Positions 1-5,711 of a stretch of DNA of 8,206 bases are shown here, one piece after another; positions within the stretch are counted from its first letter, which is position 1, and every line of letters begins with the position of its first letter. The notes under the pieces are model-generated. The model saw nothing but the letters and a program-made list of their open reading frames with translations. It was not told the origin of the DNA and searched no databases. This DNA comes from a virus (lineage: Duplodnaviria; Heunggongvirae; Uroviricota; Caudoviricetes): the IMG/VR virus record IMGVR_UViG_2690316131_000020. One strand, given 5' to 3'. The translations under genes were made by a program, and so were the position numbers.

Positions 1-942
1 CTAAATAGGCTGATTCGATGTGTTTACGGGAAAAAAATCGGCCCAGATCCGCGAAATTTTAATCAGCGAGTCAGCTTGGGAAGAAATGACCTGCTTATTC
101 GCACCTTCCCTAACCGCTCCTGATTCGGTTTTTATTACCGCCTCATCAGTTGGAGTTATAACCGTGGCTTCAACGTTAATAATCAGCTTTTGAGCGTCTA
201 TCAGCATCATGCGATCCGCCTGTTCGCTCACAATTACCGGTATTCTCAAAAGCTCTATCTGCCAGAACTCAGCATTAGTAAGCTGTAAGGCGTTTTCTAC
301 GGGCAAGATTAGCGACGACGTGGCAAGCGTGTTACCGTTCGCTATGTGCTTTTTGAAAAGCTCTATGAAGTTTTCGGCCTCATCAGCACCATTAAGCACG
401 CCCTCAGGGGATACGCCCGCCAACTCCTGGTCACTGGAAAGAAATTTTTTATCTATTTCTTTCACCGATTCCGATGTGATCAAGTCTCTGATCGCTGAAT
501 TGGTACCAGGGGTGCTAAATTTGATTAGCTCGTTATTCAGCATCACAATAGCGCCGAGTTTGTACAGTTTTAGCGAGCTTTCGCTTACTTCTCCCCCTTT
601 TACTGGGATTTCTTCGGCCTCTTTAAGCCATTTACTCCCCTTGCCTGATATTGATTGCAATTTTGCGCCAAAGGGAAGATTAAGCGCACTACTGATTAAC
701 TTGCCAGGTACAGACTGCGAAAAAATATACCCGCCCAGCTCTCTTGCTATCGGCTCAGCCACCAGCGACGGAAGGTTATCCGTGTTCATTCCTGCTACTA
801 CGGATTTTTCAAGGAATAACGAGACAGCCGGATCATTTCTTTTCGTCATCTCTATAGCGTCAGCATGGCTAAATTTACACGATGCCAGCACGCTGGCGGC
901 GCGAACTGCTGACACGCCTTTCATGTTTTTACAGATCATCAT
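1..942 (-). CDS. Putative major capsid protein, HK97-like fold (313 aa); family assignment tentative
   Basis: Complete ORF with TAG stop at 1-3 and ATG at 940-942, preceded by a strong SD (AGGAGGAGGAAG directly upstream). It lies downstream of the terS-like gene. The segment KEIDKKFLSSDQELAGVSPEGVLNG resembles the conserved FL-GDG-G-P-G-L region of HK97-family capsid proteins, and size and composition fit. No Walker A motif, so TerL is unlikely. Confidence 0.5.
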   Translation of the reverse strand: MMICKNMKGVSAVRAASVLASCKFSHADAIEMTKRNDPAVSLFLEKSVVAGMNTDNLPSLVAEPIARELGGYIFSQSVPGKLISSALNLPFGAKLQSISGKGSKWLKEAEEIPVKGGEVSESSLKLYKLGAIVMLNNELIKFSTPGTNSAIRDLITSESVKEIDKKFLSSDQELAGVSPEGVLNGADEAENFIELFKKHIANGNTLATSSLILPVENALQLTNAEFWQIELLRIPVIVSEQADRMMLIDAQKLIINVEATVITPTDEAVIKTESGAVREGANKQVISSQADSLIKISRIWADFFPVNTSNQPI

Positions 943-1090
943 CTTCCTCCTCCTGGAAGCACGGTGTTAGTGTTTCGTGAAAATATGGCATCAGAATAGC
1001 GGCGGCCTGTAACCGTATTTCGGTCGGCTGCTGCTTGTCGTTCATGATTTCCGTTAGTACCTCGATCGGGTCTGTTATGTATTCGCTCAT
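929..1090 (-). CDS. Small hypothetical protein (53 aa, MSEYITDPIEVLTEIMNDKQQPTEIRLQAAAILMPYFHETLTPCFQEEEDDDL)
   Basis: Below the ORF-track length cutoff; found by manual translation. ATG at 1088-1090 with GAGG about 10 nt upstream, overlapping the TerS stop. Its stop overlaps the start of the capsid-like gene (ATGATGATCTGTAA), suggesting translational coupling. Acidic C-terminal tail. Confidence 0.3.
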   Translation of the reverse strand: MSEYITDPIEVLTEIMNDKQQPTEIRLQAAAILMPYFHETLTPCFQEEEDDDL

Positions 1091-1101
1091 AGTTCGCTAC
1101 C

Positions 1102-1590
1102 TCAGTGTTTTAGGGCTGTTGGTGGCTTAGGGATGGGAAAGCGGTTTGATGAAACATTGGTAGCATTGAGTTTTTTTACCTCTTTTTTACCAATGCTGCT
1201 GATCTTGCGGTGGGTGAACTGGGCCAGCTTAAACGCGGCATCTAAAGCCAGTTTTGGATCTGTGTCCATGTTGTCAATCAGTATCCTGCCCATTGCTTTG
1301 ATGGGGTCGGGTAGGCCGTTATCCATCATCTCAATGGTGTTAATTGATGCCCGTTCCGGTGTAACTTTTTCGGTAACTTTCTTTGTAACTTTTTTCGGTT
1401 TTGTAACCTGAAAAGTTACATCAGAAGTTACAGCCTTAAGATACTTTTTCACCTCAGGATCATTGGATAGCTGCCAGCCTTTAACCCTTGCGGTCTTTTC
1501 GCTGTATCCCGCATGTATAGCGGCTTCCGTGGGATTTGCGCCCCTTGATAACGCATCAGCAAACCGCTTTTTTTTGGTCGTTAATGCCAT
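1102..1590 (-). CDS. Terminase small subunit homologue (162 aa)
   Basis: N-terminus MALTTKKKRFADALSRGANPTEAAIHAGYSEKTARVKGWQLSNDPEVKKYL matches the conserved HTH region of phage TerS proteins (KQ-F---Y--G-N-T-AAI-AGYS-KTA). ATG at 1588-1590 with GAGG 7 nt upstream. The longer track ORF (to 1728) would use GTG without an SD and overlap the upstream gene, so the ATG start is preferred. Confidence 0.7.
   Translation of the reverse strand: MALTTKKKRFADALSRGANPTEAAIHAGYSEKTARVKGWQLSNDPEVKKYLKAVTSDVTFQVTKPKKVTKKVTEKVTPERASINTIEMMDNGLPDPIKAMGRILIDNMDTDPKLALDAAFKLAQFTHRKISSIGKKEVKKLNATNVSSNRFPIPKPPTALKH
1361..1431. repeat. Cluster of GTAAC/GTTAC pentamer repeats inside the terS-like gene (4 direct plus 2 inverted copies); further copies upstream at 1613-1635
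   Basis: Plus-strand GTAAC at 1361, 1373, 1385 and 1403; GTTAC at 1415 and 1427. These encode the repeated KVT motif (VTFQVTKPKKVTKKVTEKVT) in TerS. Two more GTGTAACTTTT copies lie in the noncoding leader at 1613-1623 and 1625-1635. Confidence 0.55.
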
Positions 1591-1717
1591 GCAAAAACCT
1601 CGTTTTGAGGGGGTGTAACTTTTCGTGTAACTTTTTTGAAAAGCAAAATTTTCTACGAATGAGACGGGGGGCGGTGTCCAGGGCGATCGACTTTCCGGCC
1701 GGAACACTCCCCCCCTG

Positions 1718-1879
1718 TCATTGCTCACCGAGTAACGAGATCAGGCCTTCAACTTCATCACTCAGCTTGTTTATTCGTGTCTCAAGCTCTGCGATCTTTT
1801 CCATCAATGGCGCTATGGTGTCTCTTGTTTCCTCGCCAATGGCTTTAATGATGCTTGCCTCGCGTTCTGTGATAGCCAT
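1718..1879 (-). CDS. Small hypothetical protein (53 aa, MAITEREASIIKAIGEETRDTIAPLMEKIAELETRINKLSDEVEGLISLLGEQ), likely coiled-coil
   Basis: Below the ORF-track cutoff; found by manual translation. ATG at 1877-1879 with GAGG about 10 nt upstream. Tight junction with the upstream ORF stop (TAA ACA ATG). Heptad-like helical sequence. Confidence 0.4.
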   Translation of the reverse strand: MAITEREASIIKAIGEETRDTIAPLMEKIAELETRINKLSDEVEGLISLLGEQ

Positions 1880-1882
1880 TGT

Positions 1883-2077
1883 TTACGCCTCACTTGTTGC
1901 AATGCCCAGGCGTTCGCGTAACAGTACGCGCGCAAGATGCCCTATTGTTGGTGTTGCCGCCCTGCCGTAGATACCTGATTCATTCATCCGGCGCACAATA
2001 TCGAACTGCAACTTTTTAAGCTCGTTAAGGATTTCATGATCAATCATCACGGTAGCGCTTTGCTTTATCTCTTCCAC
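1883..2077 (-). CDS. Small hypothetical protein (64 aa), GTG start
   Basis: GTG at 2075-2077 preceded by a strong SD (AGGAGA, 7 nt spacer). The internal ATG at 2047 has no SD. Sequence ...ILNELKKLQFDIVRRMNESGIYGRAATPTIGHLARVLLRERL could be a small DNA-binding fold, but this is not established. Confidence 0.45.
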   Translation of the reverse strand: MEEIKQSATVMIDHEILNELKKLQFDIVRRMNESGIYGRAATPTIGHLARVLLRERLGIATSEA

Positions 2078-2164
2078 TTTGTTTTCTCCTGATACTTATC
2101 ATTGCATAACCAGTATTTTCGATAGATTATCATTAATTAACCATCTTTGAAGATATATGAGATC

Positions 2165-2189
2165 GAAAAAAAGCCGGATTGCTCCGGCT
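2165..2189 (-). terminator. Intrinsic terminator (minus strand)
   Basis: On the minus strand: 7 bp stem AGCCGGA / TCCGGCT with a 4 nt loop, followed by a run of 7-8 U. It lies about 20 nt downstream of the stop of the 81 aa ORF. Confidence 0.6.
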
Positions 2190-2207
2190 ATGTGCTCACT
2201 TCTTCGG

Positions 2208-2453
2208 TTATTCTCCAGCGCTTTTAACGTTGATGGTTGTTACCTGTTCCGCTTCGGCAATCTCCCGTTCTGTCAGCGTGGCAAAGTTTGCCGCCGCTGT
2301 GGTCATGAATGCGCTTATCAGTTCGGGATGCTCCTTCGCGTATCCTTCCCCCGCGTGGCGGTCTATCGTTCTGATTGCCACCTTTAAGGAAAGCTCTGTC
2401 ATGTCTAACGCTTTATATTTTGGCGCTGTCTTATCTCTGGTTTTTCTGTTCAT
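2208..2453 (-). CDS. Hypothetical protein (81 aa)
   Basis: ATG at 2451-2453 with GGGGAG/GGGGA SD-like sequence upstream (derived from the iteron sequence). Followed by a strong intrinsic terminator. No recognisable motif. Confidence 0.45.
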   Translation of the reverse strand: MNRKTRDKTAPKYKALDMTELSLKVAIRTIDRHAGEGYAKEHPELISAFMTTAAANFATLTEREIAEAEQVTTINVKSAGE

Positions 2454-2657
2454 TCCCCACTACTCCCCACTTTTGCTCCCCACTTTTTGAAATTACCCAC
2501 CGTCTCCCCACCTCTTTTTTTTGTGATTCTAACGTTATGTTTTTCAATATGTTTTTTACTCCCCACTTTTTTGGGTATATACAGGTGGGAAAGTGGGTAA
2601 TTATGTTTCAATTTTGTTAAATTCCCCACTCCCCCCACTTTTACTCCCCACTTTTTA
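2453..2657. repeat. Iteron array flanking an AT-rich stretch: candidate replication origin of the element
   Basis: About 9 direct copies of (T)CCCCAC(TTTT) (cores at 2455, 2465, 2477, 2495 degenerate, 2507, 2561, 2624, 2633, 2646) plus inverted copies at 2584-2597 (GGTGGGAAAGTGGG). They flank an AT-rich segment at about 2513-2557 that includes a T8 run. The array starts at the 3' end of the replication initiator gene, as in SaPI/PICI-type origins. Confidence 0.6.
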
Positions 2658-4055
2658 CAGCGGGCGCACGTCATCACCGTCAATAACGATTACGCCATCA
2701 TTTTCCAGCTTGTACAGCCAGCGCCGGAAGTGCTTCATCTCATACCCCAGCTTTTTCATATCGTCGCGGAGAAGGGCGATAGTGCACGCCTCCCCGTGTG
2801 CTGTTCGTGTTCTGATGCACTGCCATAGCGCGGCGTGATTCTCCGTCTTGTTCCCTGCCTCCTCGATGCGCTCCAGTTCAACGGGAGGGCGCGGCTTATC
2901 CACCACCACCAGCGACGTGATTAACTCCCCGTCAGCGTCGGTAAAAAGCTCCACCACGCGTAAGTCATATGCTGCTTCTTTGAGTTCCTCCGCGTCCTTC
3001 ATTTTGGTACATGAGATAACCAGCGCTTCGCTGCCTGCGTCCTCCCTGCGTATCCGGTATTCGGCGTCCAGTGATGCACGAAATGCACTGGAACCACGCG
3101 CCCCCTTTGTTTCATCCTTGCCGGAATGGTGAACCACCAGCACCGTTGCCCCTGTGCGCCGTTTCAGTTCGTCACACCCACGGATAAACGCCCCCATATC
3201 ACGGGAATCATTTTCATCATTGCCGCCAAAGCAGCGCGCCAGCGTATCCAGAATAATCATTCGAACCGGTTTACCCGTTTCCCGTTCCACCTGACGGGCA
3301 GCGATAACCATTTCCTCAACATCAAGCGGGGCAGCCGGAAAGATGGGACGGTTTACCAGATACAGATTTTTCACCTGCTCATCGTGCACAACCTCCCAGG
3401 CTTTTACACGACGCGGAACACCTATACCGCCTTCACCAACCACATAGAGAACCGCACCATGTGCAACCCTGCTGCCTCCCCACTGGCGACCAGTGGCAAC
3501 ATGGCACGCCCACGATCCGGCAAGGAATGATTTATAGGACCCGCTAGCCCCGTATATGCTGCATAGCGATACCGCCGGAATAATCCCCTTAACCACGTAA
3601 TCCAGTTGCGTGTCGTATCCGGTAGATCCAACGCTCATCGGTAGCGTGGTTTTTCGCTGGTGGTTTTTTTCTTCCGCCGGCTCTTTCCCGCGCACCCGTT
3701 CCAGGTATTCGCGCCAGTTCTCCCGCATATGGCTGTGCATCCCTTCGGGGTAATAATTCGCATCAGTTACACCCGCCGCCGCCAGCTTGTGCGCAATGGC
3801 ATTAATATTTGATGGCCTGATGTGGCCTGCCTTGTACAGCCGGACACAATAGCGCCCCTCGTCGATGATTCTCAGGTCTGCCAGTTCATCCAGTTGATCA
3901 TCAGCCAGCACAACGGGAGGCACATTATCGCCAGCCAGTCGCCCGTCCTGTTCCTGCCACTGTTTCGCATGTGCCCAGGCATCACTACCCGCAAAAATAA
4001 TGACTTCGGTCATCTTGTCGTAAGGCTGTTTTTTTAAGTTCGGTGCGCTTTTCAT
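2655..4055 (-). CDS. Replication initiator / helicase-like protein (466 aa): RecA-fold RepA-type (AAA_25-like) ATPase core, N-terminal domain of uncertain type, C-terminal winged-helix-like tail
   Basis: Walker A GASGSYKS, Walker B-like RMIILDTLARCF, and VLVVHHSGKD typical of RepA / DnaB-like loader ATPases. ATG at 4053-4055 with AGGGG SD (6 nt spacer). ATGA overlap with the upstream 99 aa ORF. The iteron origin follows immediately downstream. Confidence 0.85.
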   Translation of the reverse strand: MKSAPNLKKQPYDKMTEVIIFAGSDAWAHAKQWQEQDGRLAGDNVPPVVLADDQLDELADLRIIDEGRYCVRLYKAGHIRPSNINAIAHKLAAAGVTDANYYPEGMHSHMRENWREYLERVRGKEPAEEKNHQRKTTLPMSVGSTGYDTQLDYVVKGIIPAVSLCSIYGASGSYKSFLAGSWACHVATGRQWGGSRVAHGAVLYVVGEGGIGVPRRVKAWEVVHDEQVKNLYLVNRPIFPAAPLDVEEMVIAARQVERETGKPVRMIILDTLARCFGGNDENDSRDMGAFIRGCDELKRRTGATVLVVHHSGKDETKGARGSSAFRASLDAEYRIRREDAGSEALVISCTKMKDAEELKEAAYDLRVVELFTDADGELITSLVVVDKPRPPVELERIEEAGNKTENHAALWQCIRTRTAHGEACTIALLRDDMKKLGYEMKHFRRWLYKLENDGVIVIDGDDVRPL

Positions 4056-4351
4056 TTCTTGCCCCTGAATCCGTTAACCATGGTTTTCAGCTTCTGGATG
4101 TTTGCCCGTGCCCTGGCGTTGCTGGTGGGCACGTTATGCGGCGCGGTCTGTACCAGAGAAAAATCACGCCGGAACTGATAAACAGGCATCACGCAATCAT
4201 ATTCGTAACCTTCACGGCGGTAAGTTACGCACCGTCCCGCCACGCCCTTAATCATTACCGTGCCGCCGTACTGGTCGCGGTAAATATCACCGCGCATAAA
4301 TTTAGGGTGAGTGTTGCCACTGGCAGTTAAGCCAGAATATTTAAGTTTCAT
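4052..4351 (-). CDS. Hypothetical protein (99 aa), translationally coupled to the replication initiator
   Basis: ATG at 4349-4351 with GGAGA SD (about 10 nt spacer). Its stop overlaps the rep start (ATGA). Motif DIYRDQYGGTVMIKGVAGRCVTYRREGYEYDCVMPVYQF; family not identified. Confidence 0.6.
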   Translation of the reverse strand: MKLKYSGLTASGNTHPKFMRGDIYRDQYGGTVMIKGVAGRCVTYRREGYEYDCVMPVYQFRRDFSLVQTAPHNVPTSNARARANIQKLKTMVNGFRGKK

Positions 4352-4356
4352 TATTT

Positions 4357-4591
4357 TTATTCTCCGGTGTGCTGTTCGTTATATCTGTCGTGCAATGTCT
4401 CTATTTCCTGCAACTCATTTATTACAGGCTCAAGAAGCGTTATTAATGATGTAATAATCCGCGTTTTTTTTTGCATTACGTTCATTATCGCCAAAGGATT
4501 CAAGGCACATCCGCAATATTTCGTACATACCTTCAGCGTAAGCAAGGGCACTAAATGCGCGGTCTATTGTTTCAAGATAAATATCACGCAT
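4357..4591 (-). CDS. Small protein encoded in two overlapping frames joined at an A9 tract: frame 1 from ATG 4591 ends at 4430 (53 aa); the +1 frame continues to a stop at 4357
   Basis: ATG at 4589-4591 with GGGGA SD (5 nt spacer) gives MRDIYLETIDRAFSALAYAEGMYEILRMCLESFGDNERNAKKNADYYIINNAS. The overlapping frame (...QKKTRIITSLITLLEPVINELQEIETLHDRYNEQHTGE) lacks a good start but ends 5 nt before the next gene's ATG. The T9/A9 run is at 4464-4472. Confidence 0.35.
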
Positions 4592-4592
4592 A

Positions 4593-4814
4593 TTAATCCC
4601 CGTCCGTTGTTTTTCTTAAAACAGCTTCTGTCACGAAATCAGCATAGTTAGCGGCAATATCAAGAATATTTAGCCCTGTACCTCTGTGCTCATCAGTGCA
4701 AAGAAAGAAAAAAGCCACCCGCATAATTTCAGATATTGACGAAAGCGCATCAGCCGCATCATCAGGAACGCCGGAAAATTCTTGTTTCAGGGAATTAAAA
4801 CGATCATCACGCAT
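4593..4814 (-). CDS. Small hypothetical protein (73 aa, MRDDRFNSLKQEF...)
   Basis: ATG at 4812-4814 overlapping the stop of the upstream ORF (ATGCGTGA), with a G-rich SD-like run upstream. The track ORF was trimmed to this start. Confidence 0.45.
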   Translation of the reverse strand: MRDDRFNSLKQEFSGVPDDAADALSSISEIMRVAFFFLCTDEHRGTGLNILDIAANYADFVTEAVLRKTTDGD

Positions 4815-5028
4815 AACCCCCCCCATTTTCACAATCAGCAACAAGAATATTTTTAGCGTCATTCAGCGACCGCGTTGCGATGTATCGGATACATTCCAGG
4901 GCGAACGTTGTCCGGTCTTTCTGTTCTTCTCCCTGCGCAAGCTCTGCCGTGCATTCAATATCAATAAGCGCGTGCATCAGCGTAGTGAGCGCGGCGGCGG
5001 CTGCGTCCGGTGTGGTTTTATTGCACAT
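4807..5028 (-). CDS. Small hypothetical protein (73 aa, MCNKTTPDAAAAALTTLMHALIDIECTAELAQ...)
   Basis: ATG at 5026-5028 with a strong SD (AGGAGG, 6 nt spacer). Overlaps the 3' end of the upstream small ORF by 11 nt. Confidence 0.5.
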   Translation of the reverse strand: MCNKTTPDAAAAALTTLMHALIDIECTAELAQGEEQKDRTTFALECIRYIATRSLNDAKNILVADCENGGGYA

Positions 5029-5209
5029 GGCACACCTCCTGACGAATACGGGCGGCGAATACAGCAACACAACCGGACGGGCAACGGCTACGTGCTTCGC
5101 GTTCCGTCCAGGCGGTTACGTGGATGATTTGATGTTCTGACGCGCCAAAGATGATAAAGCGCCAGAGAAAGGCGGTTTGAGAATGTACAAGGGTAGGGAT
5201 AGTAGCCAT
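5018..5209 (-). CDS. Small protein, copy A of a tandem paralogous pair (63 aa, MATIPTLVHSQTAFLWRFIIFGASEHQIIHVTAWTE...)
   Basis: ATG at 5207-5209 with a strong SD (AGGAGG, 8 nt spacer). The N-terminal 15-20 codons are paralogous to the ORF starting at 5578, with differences mostly at third codon positions. It is the 3' part of the long 409-codon track ORF. Confidence 0.55.
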   Translation of the reverse strand: MATIPTLVHSQTAFLWRFIIFGASEHQIIHVTAWTEREARSRCPSGCVAVFAARIRQEVCHVQ

Positions 5210-5369
5210 GTTGGCAGCCTCCTCAGTGTGGTTAAGATAACCGCCACCGGAAACGCCAATTTCGCTGGTGGCGGACTGTACAGGGTTGGCGTAACCGGAC
5301 ACTGAAGAAACCGGCGCGGATTGCTCCGCCCCCGTACAGCCCACCATTGATAAGGTGTGACTATGCGGC

Positions 5370-5395
5370 ACAAAAAAACACGCGGGGCGCGTGTT
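5370..5395 (-). terminator. Intrinsic terminator-like hairpin plus U7 (minus strand), inside the stop-free frame between copies B and A
   Basis: On the minus strand: stem ACACGCG / CGCGUGU with loop CCC, followed by 7 U (the complement of the plus-strand A7 at 5372-5378). Confidence 0.4.
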
Positions 5396-5578
5396 ATGCG
5401 CTTCAGTTTTGCCCAGGACGCCAATCCCGGCACCCGTTTTATGAGGTGCGCGGGAATCATAGCTATTTTCGACACTGGCGATCAACTGGTTTTTTTCTCC
5501 GATATTCAGGGCCAGAAAACGCCACACAAAGGCCGTTTGTGTGTGTACAAGGTGTGGTATATGATTTACGGCAACCAT
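5396..5578 (-). other. Copy B of the tandem paralogous leader ORF (MVAVNHIPHLVHTQTAFVWRFLALNIGEKNQLIASVEN...); no in-frame stop before copy A
   Basis: ATG at 5576-5578 with AGGAG SD (5 nt spacer). Paralogous to copy A. The frame stays open through a terminator-like hairpin into copy A, so its real 3' end and coding status are unresolved. Confidence 0.3.
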
Positions 5579-5666
5579 AACGGCTCCTAGTTTACGTTGT
5601 TGGTTAGACGCCCCGTATGTGTTCCCAGCACTGCGGGGCGTTGATTTTTGTGTAATGGCAAGTACA

Positions 5667-5711
5667 ATGGTAATTACCATGTAGGTATAGTAATGAAGGG
5701 TAATTACCATG
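5667..5711. promoter_or_regulatory. Two palindromic operator-like sites in the divergent control region: ATGGTAATTACCAT (5667-5680, perfect 14 bp palindrome) and AGGGTAATTACCAT (5697-5710), with a -10-like TATAGT at 5686-5691
   Basis: The perfect palindrome is repeated 30 bp downstream, where it overlaps the start codon of the Arc-like gene. An AAGGG SD lies 8 nt before that ATG. The sites sit between the plus-strand RHH gene and the minus-strand leader ORFs. Confidence 0.5.

Noticed and set aside
209-970. Plus-strand 253 aa ORF
   Set aside because: Shadow ORF antisense to the capsid-like gene; Ser/Leu-rich with no RBS context.
1102-1728. Extended 208 aa version of the TerS-like ORF
   Set aside because: The extension starts at GTG without an SD, overlaps the upstream 53 aa ORF and spans the noncoding repeat region. 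ATG 1590 with a GAGG SD begins exactly at the conserved TerS N-terminus.
2453-2657. Possible CRISPR array
   Set aside because: Repeat units are only 10-12 bp with irregular, very short spacing and both orientations. This fits iterons, not 28-37 bp CRISPR repeats with unique spacers.
2375-2838. Track ORFs 2375-2620 (+), 2450-2683 (-), 2593-2838 (+)
   Set aside because: Their translations are low-complexity (PHF, LLLP repeats) produced by the CCCCACTTTT iterons and the T-rich origin; they are not genes.
2890-2902. DnaA-box-like TTATCCACC
   Set aside because: Single imperfect copy inside the rep coding sequence; no cluster, so likely chance.
2848-4330. Plus-strand ORFs antisense to rep and the 99 aa gene (2848-3132, 3126-3530, 3822-4037, 4043-4330)
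   Set aside because: Shadow frames of a well-supported minus-strand gene, with biased composition and no start context.
4367-5140. Plus-strand ORFs 4367-4651, 4696-5127, 4880-5140
   Set aside because: Antisense to the SD-supported, overlapping minus-strand small gene chain; no RBS and poor composition.
5116-5475. Minus-strand 119 aa ORF
   Set aside because: Out of frame with the conserved A/B peptides; Pro/Arg-rich with no RBS.
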